Positions 1 through 10,134 of a stretch of DNA of 64,000 nucleotides are shown piece after piece. A program made the position numbers and the translations under genes. Under the pieces are notes generated by a model. The model was not told where the DNA came from. It did no database searches and worked only from the letters and a program-made list of their open reading frames with translations. Source of the DNA: Porphyridium purpureum (taxonomy: Eukaryota); NCBI GenBank assembly GCA_008690995.1, contig VRMN01000001.1, forward strand, positions 2,418,001 through 2,482,000, in the 5' to 3' direction. Every line of letters begins with the position of its first letter. Position 1 is the stretch's first letter.

Positions 1-362
1 AGCCTCTGCGAAATGAACGCCGGCCACTGCTGCCAAGTTTCGTTCTGGGGCCACACAAGAGTTTTATGACCTCTTTGAGCCGAACGGATTGGTGAGCGTT
101 GGAATGCACAGGCGGCACGCGAGAGCAGTCAGATTTACTTTAAGGATGAATGCGAAGCCGCTTGCACAAGGACATGTTGGACATCTCACAGTTTACTACA
201 CCACTCCAACTTGCCCTTCGCTTCCGACTGGTCAAGTGTTTACCCGTCTCCAAGTGCATGCAACAGGTAACTTCCATGTGCTGAGATGGGAAAGATCCAA
301 CATGAACGCACACAATTAGGAACACACTATCGGCACGCAACATGGGCGTAACAGCCCTGCTT

Positions 363-725
363 CTACTCGGAGTGCACGCTGACAACAGCGTCCACGACAA
401 AGCGCTCTCCTTCCCGCTCGGAAATTGCCCACCGCACAATGTCGCCATGCGCAGCCGTCAACTCTCGCTCGATACGAGAGCGCAACACGGCGGGCGCTTC
501 GTTCAGGACACGAGCAACTTCAATCTGCACGAACGTGAGCTGCATCTTCCCCTTGTGACGGTCGGCGTGAGATAAAGACATCGCCGCACGGCACTTGCCA
601 TTCCTGAGAGGCGCCGAGGCCCTGCTCATTCGGCAAGAACGTCCGCGTTCGCCTCGCAAGCATTCAAGATGCTGCGAATGCCCACTTTGCGGCGCGGGAC
701 TCGCAATGGCGACGAGAAACGCCAT
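363..725 (-). CDS. Small probably plastid-targeted protein resembling a cyanobacterial ~60-aa conserved hypothetical protein
   Basis: 120-aa ATG ORF. N-terminus MAF...S/R/A-rich looks like a transit peptide. The C-terminal ~60 aa (TFVQIEV..LNEAPAVLRSRIERELTAAHGDIVRWAI...VVDAVV) resemble, from memory, cyanobacterial small proteins with a 'GEPLRWA(I/V)T...VEAVV' motif. Confidence 0.5.
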   Translation of the reverse strand: MAFLVAIASPAPQSGHSQHLECLRGERGRSCRMSRASAPLRNGKCRAAMSLSHADRHKGKMQLTFVQIEVARVLNEAPAVLRSRIERELTAAHGDIVRWAISEREGERFVVDAVVSVHSE

Positions 726-897
726 AATGCGCAGCTATCGGCGTGAGTAGCCCGTCGTGAAAGACTCCAAAGGAAAAGTAAGTTTACCAGTCCACGGAAA
801 CTACTTGTAAGACTGTCAGACCATGTCAATCAAGTTAATTAGATACGCAGGTTCGCTTGAGATACACGTAGCACGAGAGGTGAGTGAAGCGGACGCC

Positions 898-2397
898 TTA
901 AGAATTATACGGAAGAGGTGGTGTCCATTGGATCCTGGAAGGATCAACAAGAAGGCCACGCGATCCTAGCTTCATTTTCATCACGCGACGCATGTCAATG
1001 ATGTGAAGTCCCTCGTAGTACTGAATAAGTTCGAGAACCTGCAACGTCCCAATGATATCTTCTGTCTTCATCATGGTGCGATCGCGGATAGCCTCGATAC
1101 TGATGCTGCCGCTGGTCTCATTCTTGAGCAAGTCGATGAGCAGCTGCGACCAGAAGCTGCGATACCCGAGCAAACCCAGGTCTGAAAGAGGCTTTTCAGG
1201 TGAGCCGACCTTGTTTTCTAACTTGCTCAGCTCGTAGCTGAATGAAATGAGGAACTTGCCGTAGCCCTTGCGCTGAAACGCCGGCAGCGTCAGAATGCAC
1301 GCGACGTTGTAGTTTTCCTCAGACTGCTTCTCTTTGCTAAAATAACCGACGAGATGATGACCCTGCTCATCGCTCTCGGTCATGATGTAGAAAAGGAACG
1401 GGTCCACGTCGTAGTACAAGGTCTTGTGGTCCAAAAACAGTTTCGCAATGTAGCACAAGTTGCGACAATATGTGCGATTCTTCTCGCCGTCAATTTCCCA
1501 CATACTTACATTATCCTTGCGATAGATTTCAATGCCGAGCGGGTGTCGGATCACGCAACGCTTGGAATGACGGATTAGTGCGTCGTGCGTGTGTAACATT
1601 TTCAAGCAAAACTCACAGAAGAACACGCGCGAGCAACCCTCAAACTCCTCAGGAAATGGCGAGTAGTACCATGCGTTCATTTCGTGCTTCCCGAGCACAA
1701 TTGTCGATATATTCTTCACATGGTGCGCATGGTCGTCGTGCCCACCTGTCGACGCGGCCGTCCCGCTCCGGCTCTTCTTCTTCTTCGCACTGCCATCGCC
1801 CGCTTCACTTTCCCGCTTACGTTTACCATCACTGGACAACGCCGCTGCTCCCTTTGCTTGAGGCGCTATGTTTTCCTTGCCGCGACCTCCGGTCGTCGGC
1901 GATGCTGGCTCATCATTTGAATCATTCGGTCGCTCCGTGTCTGAACCCTCCGGATACGTATTTTTGGCCGAGTCTTTCTTTTTCCCCTTGCCACTCTTCT
2001 TGGACCCGCTCTTCTTGGCGGGCGTCACCTTGGGCTTCTTGAGCCGTTCCAGGTCGAGCTGTTCCTTGCGCACCCACTCATCCAGCCTGCGGTTGAAGCC
2101 CTCAAAGTGGATGTAAAACTCGAACTCGCCGGGACGGCCTCCAAACCTGGGCCGTTTCTCCACAACCTGAGCCATATGAAATTCTCCATCGCGCCACCTA
2201 CATGGCACGGTTGCATTCACGGGAATATTATCGTGTTGATCGTCGGGCGGTTCGTCCGCCGCTGCACGACTCTCGAGTTTCAGGTTCAGACTTGAGGACG
2301 TCGGACTCGACAGCGGCAGCGCACTTGCGCCGTCCGCGCCTTCAGAAACCGACCCATCCCCCTCTACCCCTACACCGCCTGCCTTACAATCACTCAT
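898..2397 (-). CDS. HAM1: MYST-family histone acetyltransferase (ESA1/MOF/HAM1 type)
   Basis: Chromo-barrel (FYIHFEGFNRRLDEWV), WYYSPFP, C2HC finger (CEFCLK...H...C), LFLDHKTLYYDVDPFLFY, acetyl-CoA motif QRKGYG and SPEKPLSDLG. First ATG is at 2397; the track start at 2421 is GTG. Confidence 0.95.
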   Translation of the reverse strand: MSDCKAGGVGVEGDGSVSEGADGASALPLSSPTSSSLNLKLESRAAADEPPDDQHDNIPVNATVPCRWRDGEFHMAQVVEKRPRFGGRPGEFEFYIHFEGFNRRLDEWVRKEQLDLERLKKPKVTPAKKSGSKKSGKGKKKDSAKNTYPEGSDTERPNDSNDEPASPTTGGRGKENIAPQAKGAAALSSDGKRKRESEAGDGSAKKKKSRSGTAASTGGHDDHAHHVKNISTIVLGKHEMNAWYYSPFPEEFEGCSRVFFCEFCLKMLHTHDALIRHSKRCVIRHPLGIEIYRKDNVSMWEIDGEKNRTYCRNLCYIAKLFLDHKTLYYDVDPFLFYIMTESDEQGHHLVGYFSKEKQSEENYNVACILTLPAFQRKGYGKFLISFSYELSKLENKVGSPEKPLSDLGLLGYRSFWSQLLIDLLKNETSGSISIEAIRDRTMMKTEDIIGTLQVLELIQYYEGLHIIDMRRVMKMKLGSRGLLVDPSRIQWTPPLPYNS

Positions 2398-2825
2398 CTT
2401 GTCGTCACGTCTCCTCTTCACCTCACTTCATCTCCCTCATCCACCTGCAACACCACCAACACAACGCGACTCTGGCTAGTCACAACCGGTTTAAACCGTT
2501 TGGACGACTCTTATCCGTTAAACCGCCGTTTGACAGTCCTCCCGTGCTGTGATTGAACAGCAGTGTTTGCATAGGCATGCGTTTTTAATGAACGTACTAG
2601 CCCATTTTAATAAGGTACAGCGCTGATGGAGGTACAGTAACAGTGAACCGTCGAGCGCGTGTCGGAGCGGGAGCGGGACAAACGCGCTCGTACAAGTTGT
2701 GGGTGAGAGAGGGAGGGGAGAGAGAAAGAGTTGGAGGATTGGGTGGTAAAGTGGGGATTCAGTCGAGCGCGGCGACTGCTTCGACTGGCGTGTGAGTGTG
2801 GCCGATCATGCGAGATTGATGCAAC

Positions 2826-3992
2826 ATGGAATTGGATAGTTCGAAGCGGCGCAGGGTGCATGAGCACGAACTTCGGCATGAACAGGAGCCTACGCCTGCG
2901 CCAGCGGGGTCAAGTCAAGAGAAAAATCACGCGTGGCACGGCGGAGGAAGGAGCATGCATGGGCTGGCGTCCTCAAGTCATGAAAATCCGCCGGTCGCTG
3001 CTCCGGTCAAACCGAATTATGTGCTCAAGTACACACTGCTCGGGCACGAGAAGAGCGTCACGTGCGTCAAGTTCTCGCAAGAACACGGTGACTGCCTCGC
3101 ATCCAGCTCTTCAGATTCGCTCATTCGTCTCTGGGATGCGGACCGCGGGCGGCCGTTGAAGGCCATGGCTGGGCACAAAAGTGGCGTGTCCGAAGTTGCG
3201 TGGTCCTACGACAATGCGATGCTCGTTTCCGCGTCAGACGACCACACTTGTAAGATATGGGATGTTGAAACTGGTCAGGTGAGATGCGATCTGGTTGGTC
3301 ATGCTCATTGGGCCTTTTGCTGCTCTTTCAATCCAGAGGGAAAGCTGGTCGCGTCTGGCTCGTACGATGAAACGGTGCGTTTATGGGATGTGCGCACGTC
3401 ACGATGCGTTCGCGCACTCAAAGCACACTCAGATCCGGTATCGAGCGTTAGCTTTTCGTGCGACGGCACCGTGTTAGCTTCTTCATCATTTGATGGGCTG
3501 TGCCGCGTATGGGATCTCACCATTGGCAAATGCATGCAAACACTGGATGTCAAGTGTGGTAACTCTGAGGTGCCCGCCAGTTGCATGTCCTTTTCTCCGA
3601 ACAGCAAGTTCCTTCTCGTCAGCACGCTGAATGGTACGATACGGCTGTGGGATTACTCGTCCAGTAAGCCCTTCTTTGTCAAGGAATATAAGGGCCACGA
3701 GAACGGGCGCTATTGTACCTTCAGTACCTTTGTGGTCGCATCGGCAAGAAAGTACGTGCTGAGCGGCAGCGAGGACGGCAAAGTCTACCTGTGGGACTTA
3801 CAGTCCAAAGAGGTCGTCCAAATTTTGCCCGGCCACGTCGACGTCGTTGTGACGGTGGCTGCTCACCCGTGCTTGCCGCGAATTGCGTCCGGTGCGCTGG
3901 AAAAAGATAAGACGGTCAAAATCTGGTGGGACCCGAGCGGGTCGGATATGGAGAGCAATACAGTGACGCTGAGTTCCAGCGCCCGCTCATGA
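2826..3992 (+). CDS. WDR5: WD40 repeat protein WDR5/Swd3-like (COMPASS/NSL subunit)
   Basis: PVKPNYVLKYTLLGHEKSVTCVKFS, AHSDPVSSVSF, FSPNSKF, SGSEDGKVYLWDLQSKEVVQIL.GH and IASGALEKDKTVKIW match WDR5 signatures. Confidence 0.92.
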   Translation: MELDSSKRRRVHEHELRHEQEPTPAPAGSSQEKNHAWHGGGRSMHGLASSSHENPPVAAPVKPNYVLKYTLLGHEKSVTCVKFSQEHGDCLASSSSDSLIRLWDADRGRPLKAMAGHKSGVSEVAWSYDNAMLVSASDDHTCKIWDVETGQVRCDLVGHAHWAFCCSFNPEGKLVASGSYDETVRLWDVRTSRCVRALKAHSDPVSSVSFSCDGTVLASSSFDGLCRVWDLTIGKCMQTLDVKCGNSEVPASCMSFSPNSKFLLVSTLNGTIRLWDYSSSKPFFVKEYKGHENGRYCTFSTFVVASARKYVLSGSEDGKVYLWDLQSKEVVQILPGHVDVVVTVAAHPCLPRIASGALEKDKTVKIWWDPSGSDMESNTVTLSSSARS

Positions 3993-4894
3993 CCGTCGAA
4001 ACCGGCCTATCCATTCGTATGCTCTTGGTATTGGCCGTGTTCGATGCGGCTTCGGGACCAAAGGAGCAGAACACAACGGGATTGTCATTCGACCTAGTCT
4101 CATTGTTTACCGCTGGTGACTTGGAACGGAATTGAAACGCCGTAGGACGGAGCTGATACTGGTTCCTTAAATAGCCCGAGGCTTGGACAATTTTTATTTG
4201 CAGGACTACATTTAATTCGCTTACTGGAACTAATATTCATTGCTCGTCTGGACTGGTTGGGTTCCATTCTCCCAAGACCCCACAAGACCCTGCGCGCTCG
4301 GAATGGACCACAGGTAAGTCAAACACTCCATTCGAAAGTTAAGCACTCCGTTCAAAAGTTAAGCAATCCATTCGAGAGTGCAGCGAAAAGTCCATCTGAT
4401 TTTGAGTCCATCAAGTCGGTGGCTTCTGCGTATGCAGCAGCTGCGGCACATGGATCACAACGCGCAAGACCTAGCCGCTCTCTGTCCTCCTCTGAATAAT
4501 ATAATTCGTGCACGCCACGACTTGAATGGCTCAACGAATCGCCACCAGTGACCCATCTGGCAGCACCCAGCCCTTTGCGGCGTTCGCCAGCAGAACTGTG
4601 TCCAGCAAGCTCTGCTCGTGCGGTGTCACCGGCTTATCCTCTCCGAACGCACCCACCTGCACCGGCACCGCGTCCGCGCCTTCCGGTTACCTATGCCGAA
4701 GCCGATAGGCAAGACCTGAAGATCGCAATCGGCTTCCGGTCGCTGCTATTTTGACCTGGCCGCATGGTATCGAAAGCTGCGTTGCGGTGGATATCACACT
4801 ACAAGTCCAGGAATTTGAGCAAGCGCGAGGTGGTTGATGATCTCGCCGTAGCTTCTCACCATAATGATGTGATGCCACGTGCGCGCGTCACGCG

Positions 4895-7800
4895 CTACCG
4901 CTTTTCGGGAAATCGCTCCAGTCCCGCTCGGATCGCCTCAAGGATGGGCTCCTGGTCGTACCGAACAAGCGGGTTGTCCTGAATGGCACTCTTTGCATAC
5001 CGAAAGTGGGCGATATGCCCGCTGGACGGATGCCAGTACGCATCTTTGCAAGGAGCGGTGTACTTGTATGCACCATGCTGGTTTGCATAGAAAGTGGTGC
5101 TTCGAGCCAGAGTCAACGCTTTGGAGCTACCTCGATACCCACTGTCAGATCGCCACGGCCAGAGCGCCCGCTCACGTCGATGCTTAAATTTCCCGAAGAC
5201 CAGTGCCTCTTTGCTAGATTCTGACTCGGAGGAGACGTTCCCGGTAATCTCGACCGCATTGGCGTCGTCCATACTCAGGGTGATCTCGTAATTCCGCCAC
5301 GCAAATCGTAGCTGACAAGCTTTCCGGATTCGGGACTGTTCATTTTCCAACCATTGGAGATGCAAGAACTCGTCCAGCTCTGATTTGAAGTGTGTAGTTC
5401 TTTCTGCGTCGTCGGCTTGCACTTGCGCGGATGGGCTGCTTGTTGGTCTCAGAATCAATAGCTCATCCACATCAGCAAAGAAAAGTACCTCATGGAATCG
5501 CGCAAAACGATCCACGTGCGTTGCAAAAACCGTGCGCTGATGGTCACGTTTCCTCAGCAACTTCAAAGGAGCCGGCGGGGGTAAATTCATCCATTTCTGA
5601 GGCCGCTCCCAAATGATCCGGTTCCGGAAGGACGGCAGGACTTGAACGCGCCCAGTGCGAACGAAACGGTTCAACTCCGCAAGCACGCGCAGCATGTCGT
5701 TGCGGCTCCCATCCACGTAAACTGTTGCATGCTGGAATCCAATCGAAAAGTGGTACGCAAGCCATTCAGGCAGTCGTTCGAGCGATGACGGCTGCCAAAC
5801 TCCGTCGTGAGTTTTCAGCGCCCATGTCGGCGCAATCATGGTCACCAGCGCGTACCGATTATCTTCAGAAGTGCCTTCTAAGGAGGTCATGCGCACGTCG
5901 GGGTCCCATTCGCAGAGCGTCAGCTCTCTGACACTGTTTATCTGTAGACTTGGCTCGAGAAAAAAAAGCCGCTCGTGCTCAGATTCGTCCAAGTACAGCG
6001 TCACGTTGTACAGTCTTGCGGGCTGCTTCTTGTCGATCAAAACCGTGTCGCAGTGGTAGCCGTACCATGTCTCGGACATAATATCATACTCCCCGTTGTA
6101 GTCGGAAGGAGGGGGGTCAAGTCGGCATGCAACTGAGCGCTCTTCGTCGCGTCCTTGGCTATCATCGAGAGGCACGCTGCTCCATCCAATCCGAAAAGGA
6201 AGCCCTTGATTTAGCCATGATTCGGAGAACTTTTGAAACTCGCCTCGATATTTTACCAGAAAGTGTGCCGAGTACTCCCCCCACGACTCGGTCCCGTATT
6301 CATCGCCACTTGCGTCTCCAACCCAAACAAGGTACGCATCCAGTAAAAACACGTTCCGTGGCTCCTGTGCTGGAAGAGCAGAAACGCCGTCAACGTCCAC
6401 AATGTAGTCTTGTGCACCCCAACGCATCAGCGCGTACTTTTGCGCAATGCTCCCCGGATTCGAGCACGACGAGGATGTATTCCAGGACCACGCACTGCTC
6501 TCCACTCGCACCCGAGCGTTTTCGTGTACTGCCATATCTGGCAACCACGCCCTATAGCCAAAGGCATCCTTGGGCCCTTTCATTTTCATAGCCTTTCGCT
6601 GCAGGGCTCCAGCCTTTGCAGCAGCGCTCAACGCACGCAAGTCGAACTCTACATCTTCTCTGGGGCTGAAGCCTAAAGGCTGCTCGTCTGGGAAAATATG
6701 AACCATGAGCTTTTGCTTCCCAGAGGGCTTTGATTGTGAACTCTCTCCAACAGCCAAGGGCATAAACAGCGGGGTTTTGTGTAGCTCCAGCTCTAATGCA
6801 TCCATTCCAAGTGTAGGCTCCGACGATGAGAGTTTTCGAAGCCGAGGTTCACGCTCACTGATGTCCCGGCCAAATCGAAGGACAAGCGCCCCGTTCGCTT
6901 TGGGAAGCCGCCGTGTAGAGCACCTAAGCGTCCTATTATCGGCACGGTGGCTCGGAATTCTCGCGCACATGTCTACCCTATCAGCTCGAAAAATCAAGGG
7001 CACTCGTGCTTCAGCAGCGACCTCCCCAAACACTTCTTCAAAAGTCTCCATCTCTCCCTGCGCGTCGACGTCAAGCACCATTTGGTCAACTATAAATCCG
7101 CACTCATTTCCCGAATCCTCAGCTGATGGCTCGGGTAGCCAGTGCTTTTCCAGGTGATCCAAAGCAGACAGCGACAAGTCATTGAGATCTCTCTTCGCTG
7201 ATATTGCGAGCAACTCGCTGGGCCGCAAGAACACCATGTACTTGACAACGTGCCGAAATCTGATGATCTGCATCGAGTACAAGATTTGCTCGTGGCGCCA
7301 TCGTGACGCCCTGAACAGCTCAGTATTGTTCTGGTATGTCATTCCTCTTAAACGAGGCGCCGAACGACACATAATTTGGCCGGCCATGAACAATCCGTCG
7401 ATCATGCTTTGTATCGCACCGCGACAGGTCCCGTTATCAAGATACACAATGATCCCATGAAACCCAAGCCCAATGTGGTATAAAAGCCACGCACGCATCC
7501 TCGCGAGCTTGTCTTCTGCCGCACTGCGATTCGCAGCAGAGGCATGGAAGTCCTGTGGGTCTACCAAGGTGGAAAGAATAAACTTCTGGGGTTGAGGCGG
7601 TGGCAAGAAAGACGTGCTCTCCCACTCACACAGAAAGAAGGGCGCAGACGGGAGTCCGGTCGCAAAATCCGCGTGCATCGCGCGCAGCTCTTCTTGGTAG
7701 TCAATGTCCAGTTCCGCCCTCAGCGCGACACGCTTTTCGAAGAAAGGCCCCAGTTTCATAGAAGAACACTCGTACCAAAATAAGGTCTCCCATGGAACAG

Positions 7801-9124
7801 GCGAGCTAGCTTGCATGTGATGCACGGGCGCCTGAGACCGAATCGAGCAGGTAACCTCTGCAACAAGATCCCTCTCTTGTTCGGGGTCTGTGCTCGTCTC
7901 ATTTTGCGCACCTTCAGGACGAGGAGCAGAAAGGATTCGCACTTTCAGAGGCAATTCATCAACCCGCCCTGACTTTTCGTGCGTTCGGACAGGTCCAATG
8001 TGTCGAACCAGAAGATGGACCGACATCCAAAGTGCACTTCTGTTACTTTGTCGAGCTAGATACGCCTGTGAGATGTACACAAATCGCGACGACCCTCCCA
8101 CTGACCACCTCAAGATCGGGCCTCTCGCGTTTAGCTCGTTGATGCTCGAGTAATCCATCATGCAAGATGCATGAAACGGATGAAAATACTCTTTGCCGTC
8201 AAGTTCGACACAGTCAGGCTCGCTGCTGCCTGTGTTCCTCCAGCCATTCCTTTTCTTCGTTTGCAGTTTGGCGGACGCTCCCACATGAGTGTCAAACGTA
8301 TTCAGGTCTGTTCCGTCTGCTCTTTCATTCGCAATCACTTCGTCCGCACGTGCGTTCACTTGTCCCAAGATCTCCTCTTCATTTTCTCCCGTCCGATTGT
8401 TTCTTGGCAATCCGGCTGTGAATGATGATGGCAACGGTGCAGACGATGGCGCTGGCAACGGTGCAGACGATGGCGCTGGCACCGATGTCAAGTGAAGGTC
8501 AGATCCGGCCTTTGCTCCGTTCAAGACAAACGACTTGTTTGCTCCTGCTGCTCCCACGACTCTTTCTTCTTGATTTCTGCTCTTCGCAAGCCCCGGTGCA
8601 ATAGGCCGTACAAGTCTCTTATCGTGCACTGCTTGGACTTTTTGTCGGCGTTCATGATCACACACGTTGCCCCGACAATTGGCTTGCAGAACCGGTTGTG
8701 CGGGTCGCAGAGGCGCATTCATCGTCGCGTTCTCAGGTTGTCCCAATATCGCCTCTGGCACACTTGCGGCGCGATGGTCGCTGCTGTTTGCTCGGTCCAG
8801 TAGCAAAGCAAGGGAAAGCGTTTGATGCTGTGCACGGGACTGTCGAAAGACAAGCAGTGGGGCCACTCTGAACGAGGAAAGCGCCATCAAGAACACGACA
8901 AACGCCGCGGCCTTCGGCTTCACGCTAAGTTTCCTGAGGTGGGACTCTGGCGAAGACGAGGACTCGGACAAGGATGCATCTGTATCTGCATCTGCATCTG
9001 CAATGTCATTAGCATCGCAATACTCCTCGTCCGCTCGCGGGCCGTAGCGCGCATCTTTCCATCTCTCCAGACCATCCTCGGCATGCTTCCTCCCGAACCA
9101 TCGCACCCGGCTTGCTCCGCCCAT
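4895..9124 (-). CDS. Type II membrane protein with two GT92/DUF23-like (GT-A fold) glycosyltransferase domains
   Basis: N-terminal TM (AAAFVVFLMALSSF) and low-complexity stem. Two copies of the W(L)xYHxxxGFxxxxVY.D motif (WLLYHIGLGFHGIIVYLDN; WLAYHFSIGFQHATVYVDG). DxD motif FADVDEL in the second domain. Confidence 0.7.
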   Translation of the reverse strand: MGGASRVRWFGRKHAEDGLERWKDARYGPRADEEYCDANDIADADADTDASLSESSSSPESHLRKLSVKPKAAAFVVFLMALSSFRVAPLLVFRQSRAQHQTLSLALLLDRANSSDHRAASVPEAILGQPENATMNAPLRPAQPVLQANCRGNVCDHERRQKVQAVHDKRLVRPIAPGLAKSRNQEERVVGAAGANKSFVLNGAKAGSDLHLTSVPAPSSAPLPAPSSAPLPSSFTAGLPRNNRTGENEEEILGQVNARADEVIANERADGTDLNTFDTHVGASAKLQTKKRNGWRNTGSSEPDCVELDGKEYFHPFHASCMMDYSSINELNARGPILRWSVGGSSRFVYISQAYLARQSNRSALWMSVHLLVRHIGPVRTHEKSGRVDELPLKVRILSAPRPEGAQNETSTDPEQERDLVAEVTCSIRSQAPVHHMQASSPVPWETLFWYECSSMKLGPFFEKRVALRAELDIDYQEELRAMHADFATGLPSAPFFLCEWESTSFLPPPQPQKFILSTLVDPQDFHASAANRSAAEDKLARMRAWLLYHIGLGFHGIIVYLDNGTCRGAIQSMIDGLFMAGQIMCRSAPRLRGMTYQNNTELFRASRWRHEQILYSMQIIRFRHVVKYMVFLRPSELLAISAKRDLNDLSLSALDHLEKHWLPEPSAEDSGNECGFIVDQMVLDVDAQGEMETFEEVFGEVAAEARVPLIFRADRVDMCARIPSHRADNRTLRCSTRRLPKANGALVLRFGRDISEREPRLRKLSSSEPTLGMDALELELHKTPLFMPLAVGESSQSKPSGKQKLMVHIFPDEQPLGFSPREDVEFDLRALSAAAKAGALQRKAMKMKGPKDAFGYRAWLPDMAVHENARVRVESSAWSWNTSSSCSNPGSIAQKYALMRWGAQDYIVDVDGVSALPAQEPRNVFLLDAYLVWVGDASGDEYGTESWGEYSAHFLVKYRGEFQKFSESWLNQGLPFRIGWSSVPLDDSQGRDEERSVACRLDPPPSDYNGEYDIMSETWYGYHCDTVLIDKKQPARLYNVTLYLDESEHERLFFLEPSLQINSVRELTLCEWDPDVRMTSLEGTSEDNRYALVTMIAPTWALKTHDGVWQPSSLERLPEWLAYHFSIGFQHATVYVDGSRNDMLRVLAELNRFVRTGRVQVLPSFRNRIIWERPQKWMNLPPPAPLKLLRKRDHQRTVFATHVDRFARFHEVLFFADVDELLILRPTSSPSAQVQADDAERTTHFKSELDEFLHLQWLENEQSRIRKACQLRFAWRNYEITLSMDDANAVEITGNVSSESESSKEALVFGKFKHRRERALWPWRSDSGYRGSSKALTLARSTTFYANQHGAYKYTAPCKDAYWHPSSGHIAHFRYAKSAIQDNPLVRYDQEPILEAIRAGLERFPEKR
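8424..8480. repeat. 24-bp tandem repeat (~2.3 copies) encoding PAPSSAPL in the GT stem
   Basis: gatggcaacggtgcagacgatggcgctggcaacggtgcagacgatggcgctggc seen directly. Confidence 0.85.
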
Positions 9125-10134
9125 GCTCTGTTCTCATTCTTCAACAAGGCACTCGACCCCTCCATTCTCCGTCCTAACATCCCCTTTCGTGCACGTTGAC
9201 CCAGCTTTTATACTTCTGCTGTGGCTCCTTCGCTAGGTGTTCTTGCGTCGAAACACGTGGTGTGCGCTCGTGCCACGCCGCTCGTTCCCCGTTTCTGCGC
9301 GGGGTTTTTCAAGTGACGAGGAGCGAGCGCGGCTGATAACGTGCGGGTGCTTTGCAGGAAAGGAAGGCACGATTGATGATTAATCAGCTCCGTTGACCCA
9401 TTGTCGGTGGCTGTTGCACGGGAGGCCACAGCTATGCTTTTTTCATGTATCGCCAGCTTGCCAAAACGGGAAGCTGGTTGTTGACTACGAAGTGGACGGG
9501 ATGTCTGCTTCTGATAAGGTTTGCTCACACCATGATGACCAAGCATCTGCCCCATGACCCGGATCGAGCAGCTTTCGATGTGACAGCACAAAGAATCATC
9601 TGTTGGTGGGACGCGTGGAGAGCGTGCACGTGCCAGAATGTCTTGTCATCAGAGTCGCCCAAGAACGACGCGGGGCCCAGCGAGGAGTAGGCTCGTGAGA
9701 ACATGTAGGAGGAAACAAGCTATCTATCCCTGAATGCCGTTTGTTCAAGGATTTCAAGCACAGCGGCGCTTGTACTTTTACTCGCATAATCCGCAGCTCG
9801 CCGCTTCATGCACACCACGAATGCCGGCATCGTCATGTTGGACATCACGGAGTGTCGCCATGCCGTTCTTCGGTGAAAACAACGCAATTTCTCCAAGCTC
9901 AAAGTGCAGAGTGCCAGGCGCATAAGCAATATCTGTACCAGCATGCTGATGTTTACTTCGACCTTCACCAGCACCCCTCGCGGTTTAGATTATAGTGTTG
10001 ATGAGCTACCACCGAGAAGCGCGCCAAGAGTCACCCGCCCGGGTCTCGCTGGACAAGAACACACACGCAAGCTTGAAGACACTCGAGGAAACTCGAGGTC
10101 TTCGTCAAGGTTTCCTAATCCAGAGCATAGAGTT

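Noticed and set aside
4300..4700. Coding-looking - strand fragment with in-frame stops
   Set aside because: No recognisable family; cannot support a pseudogene call.
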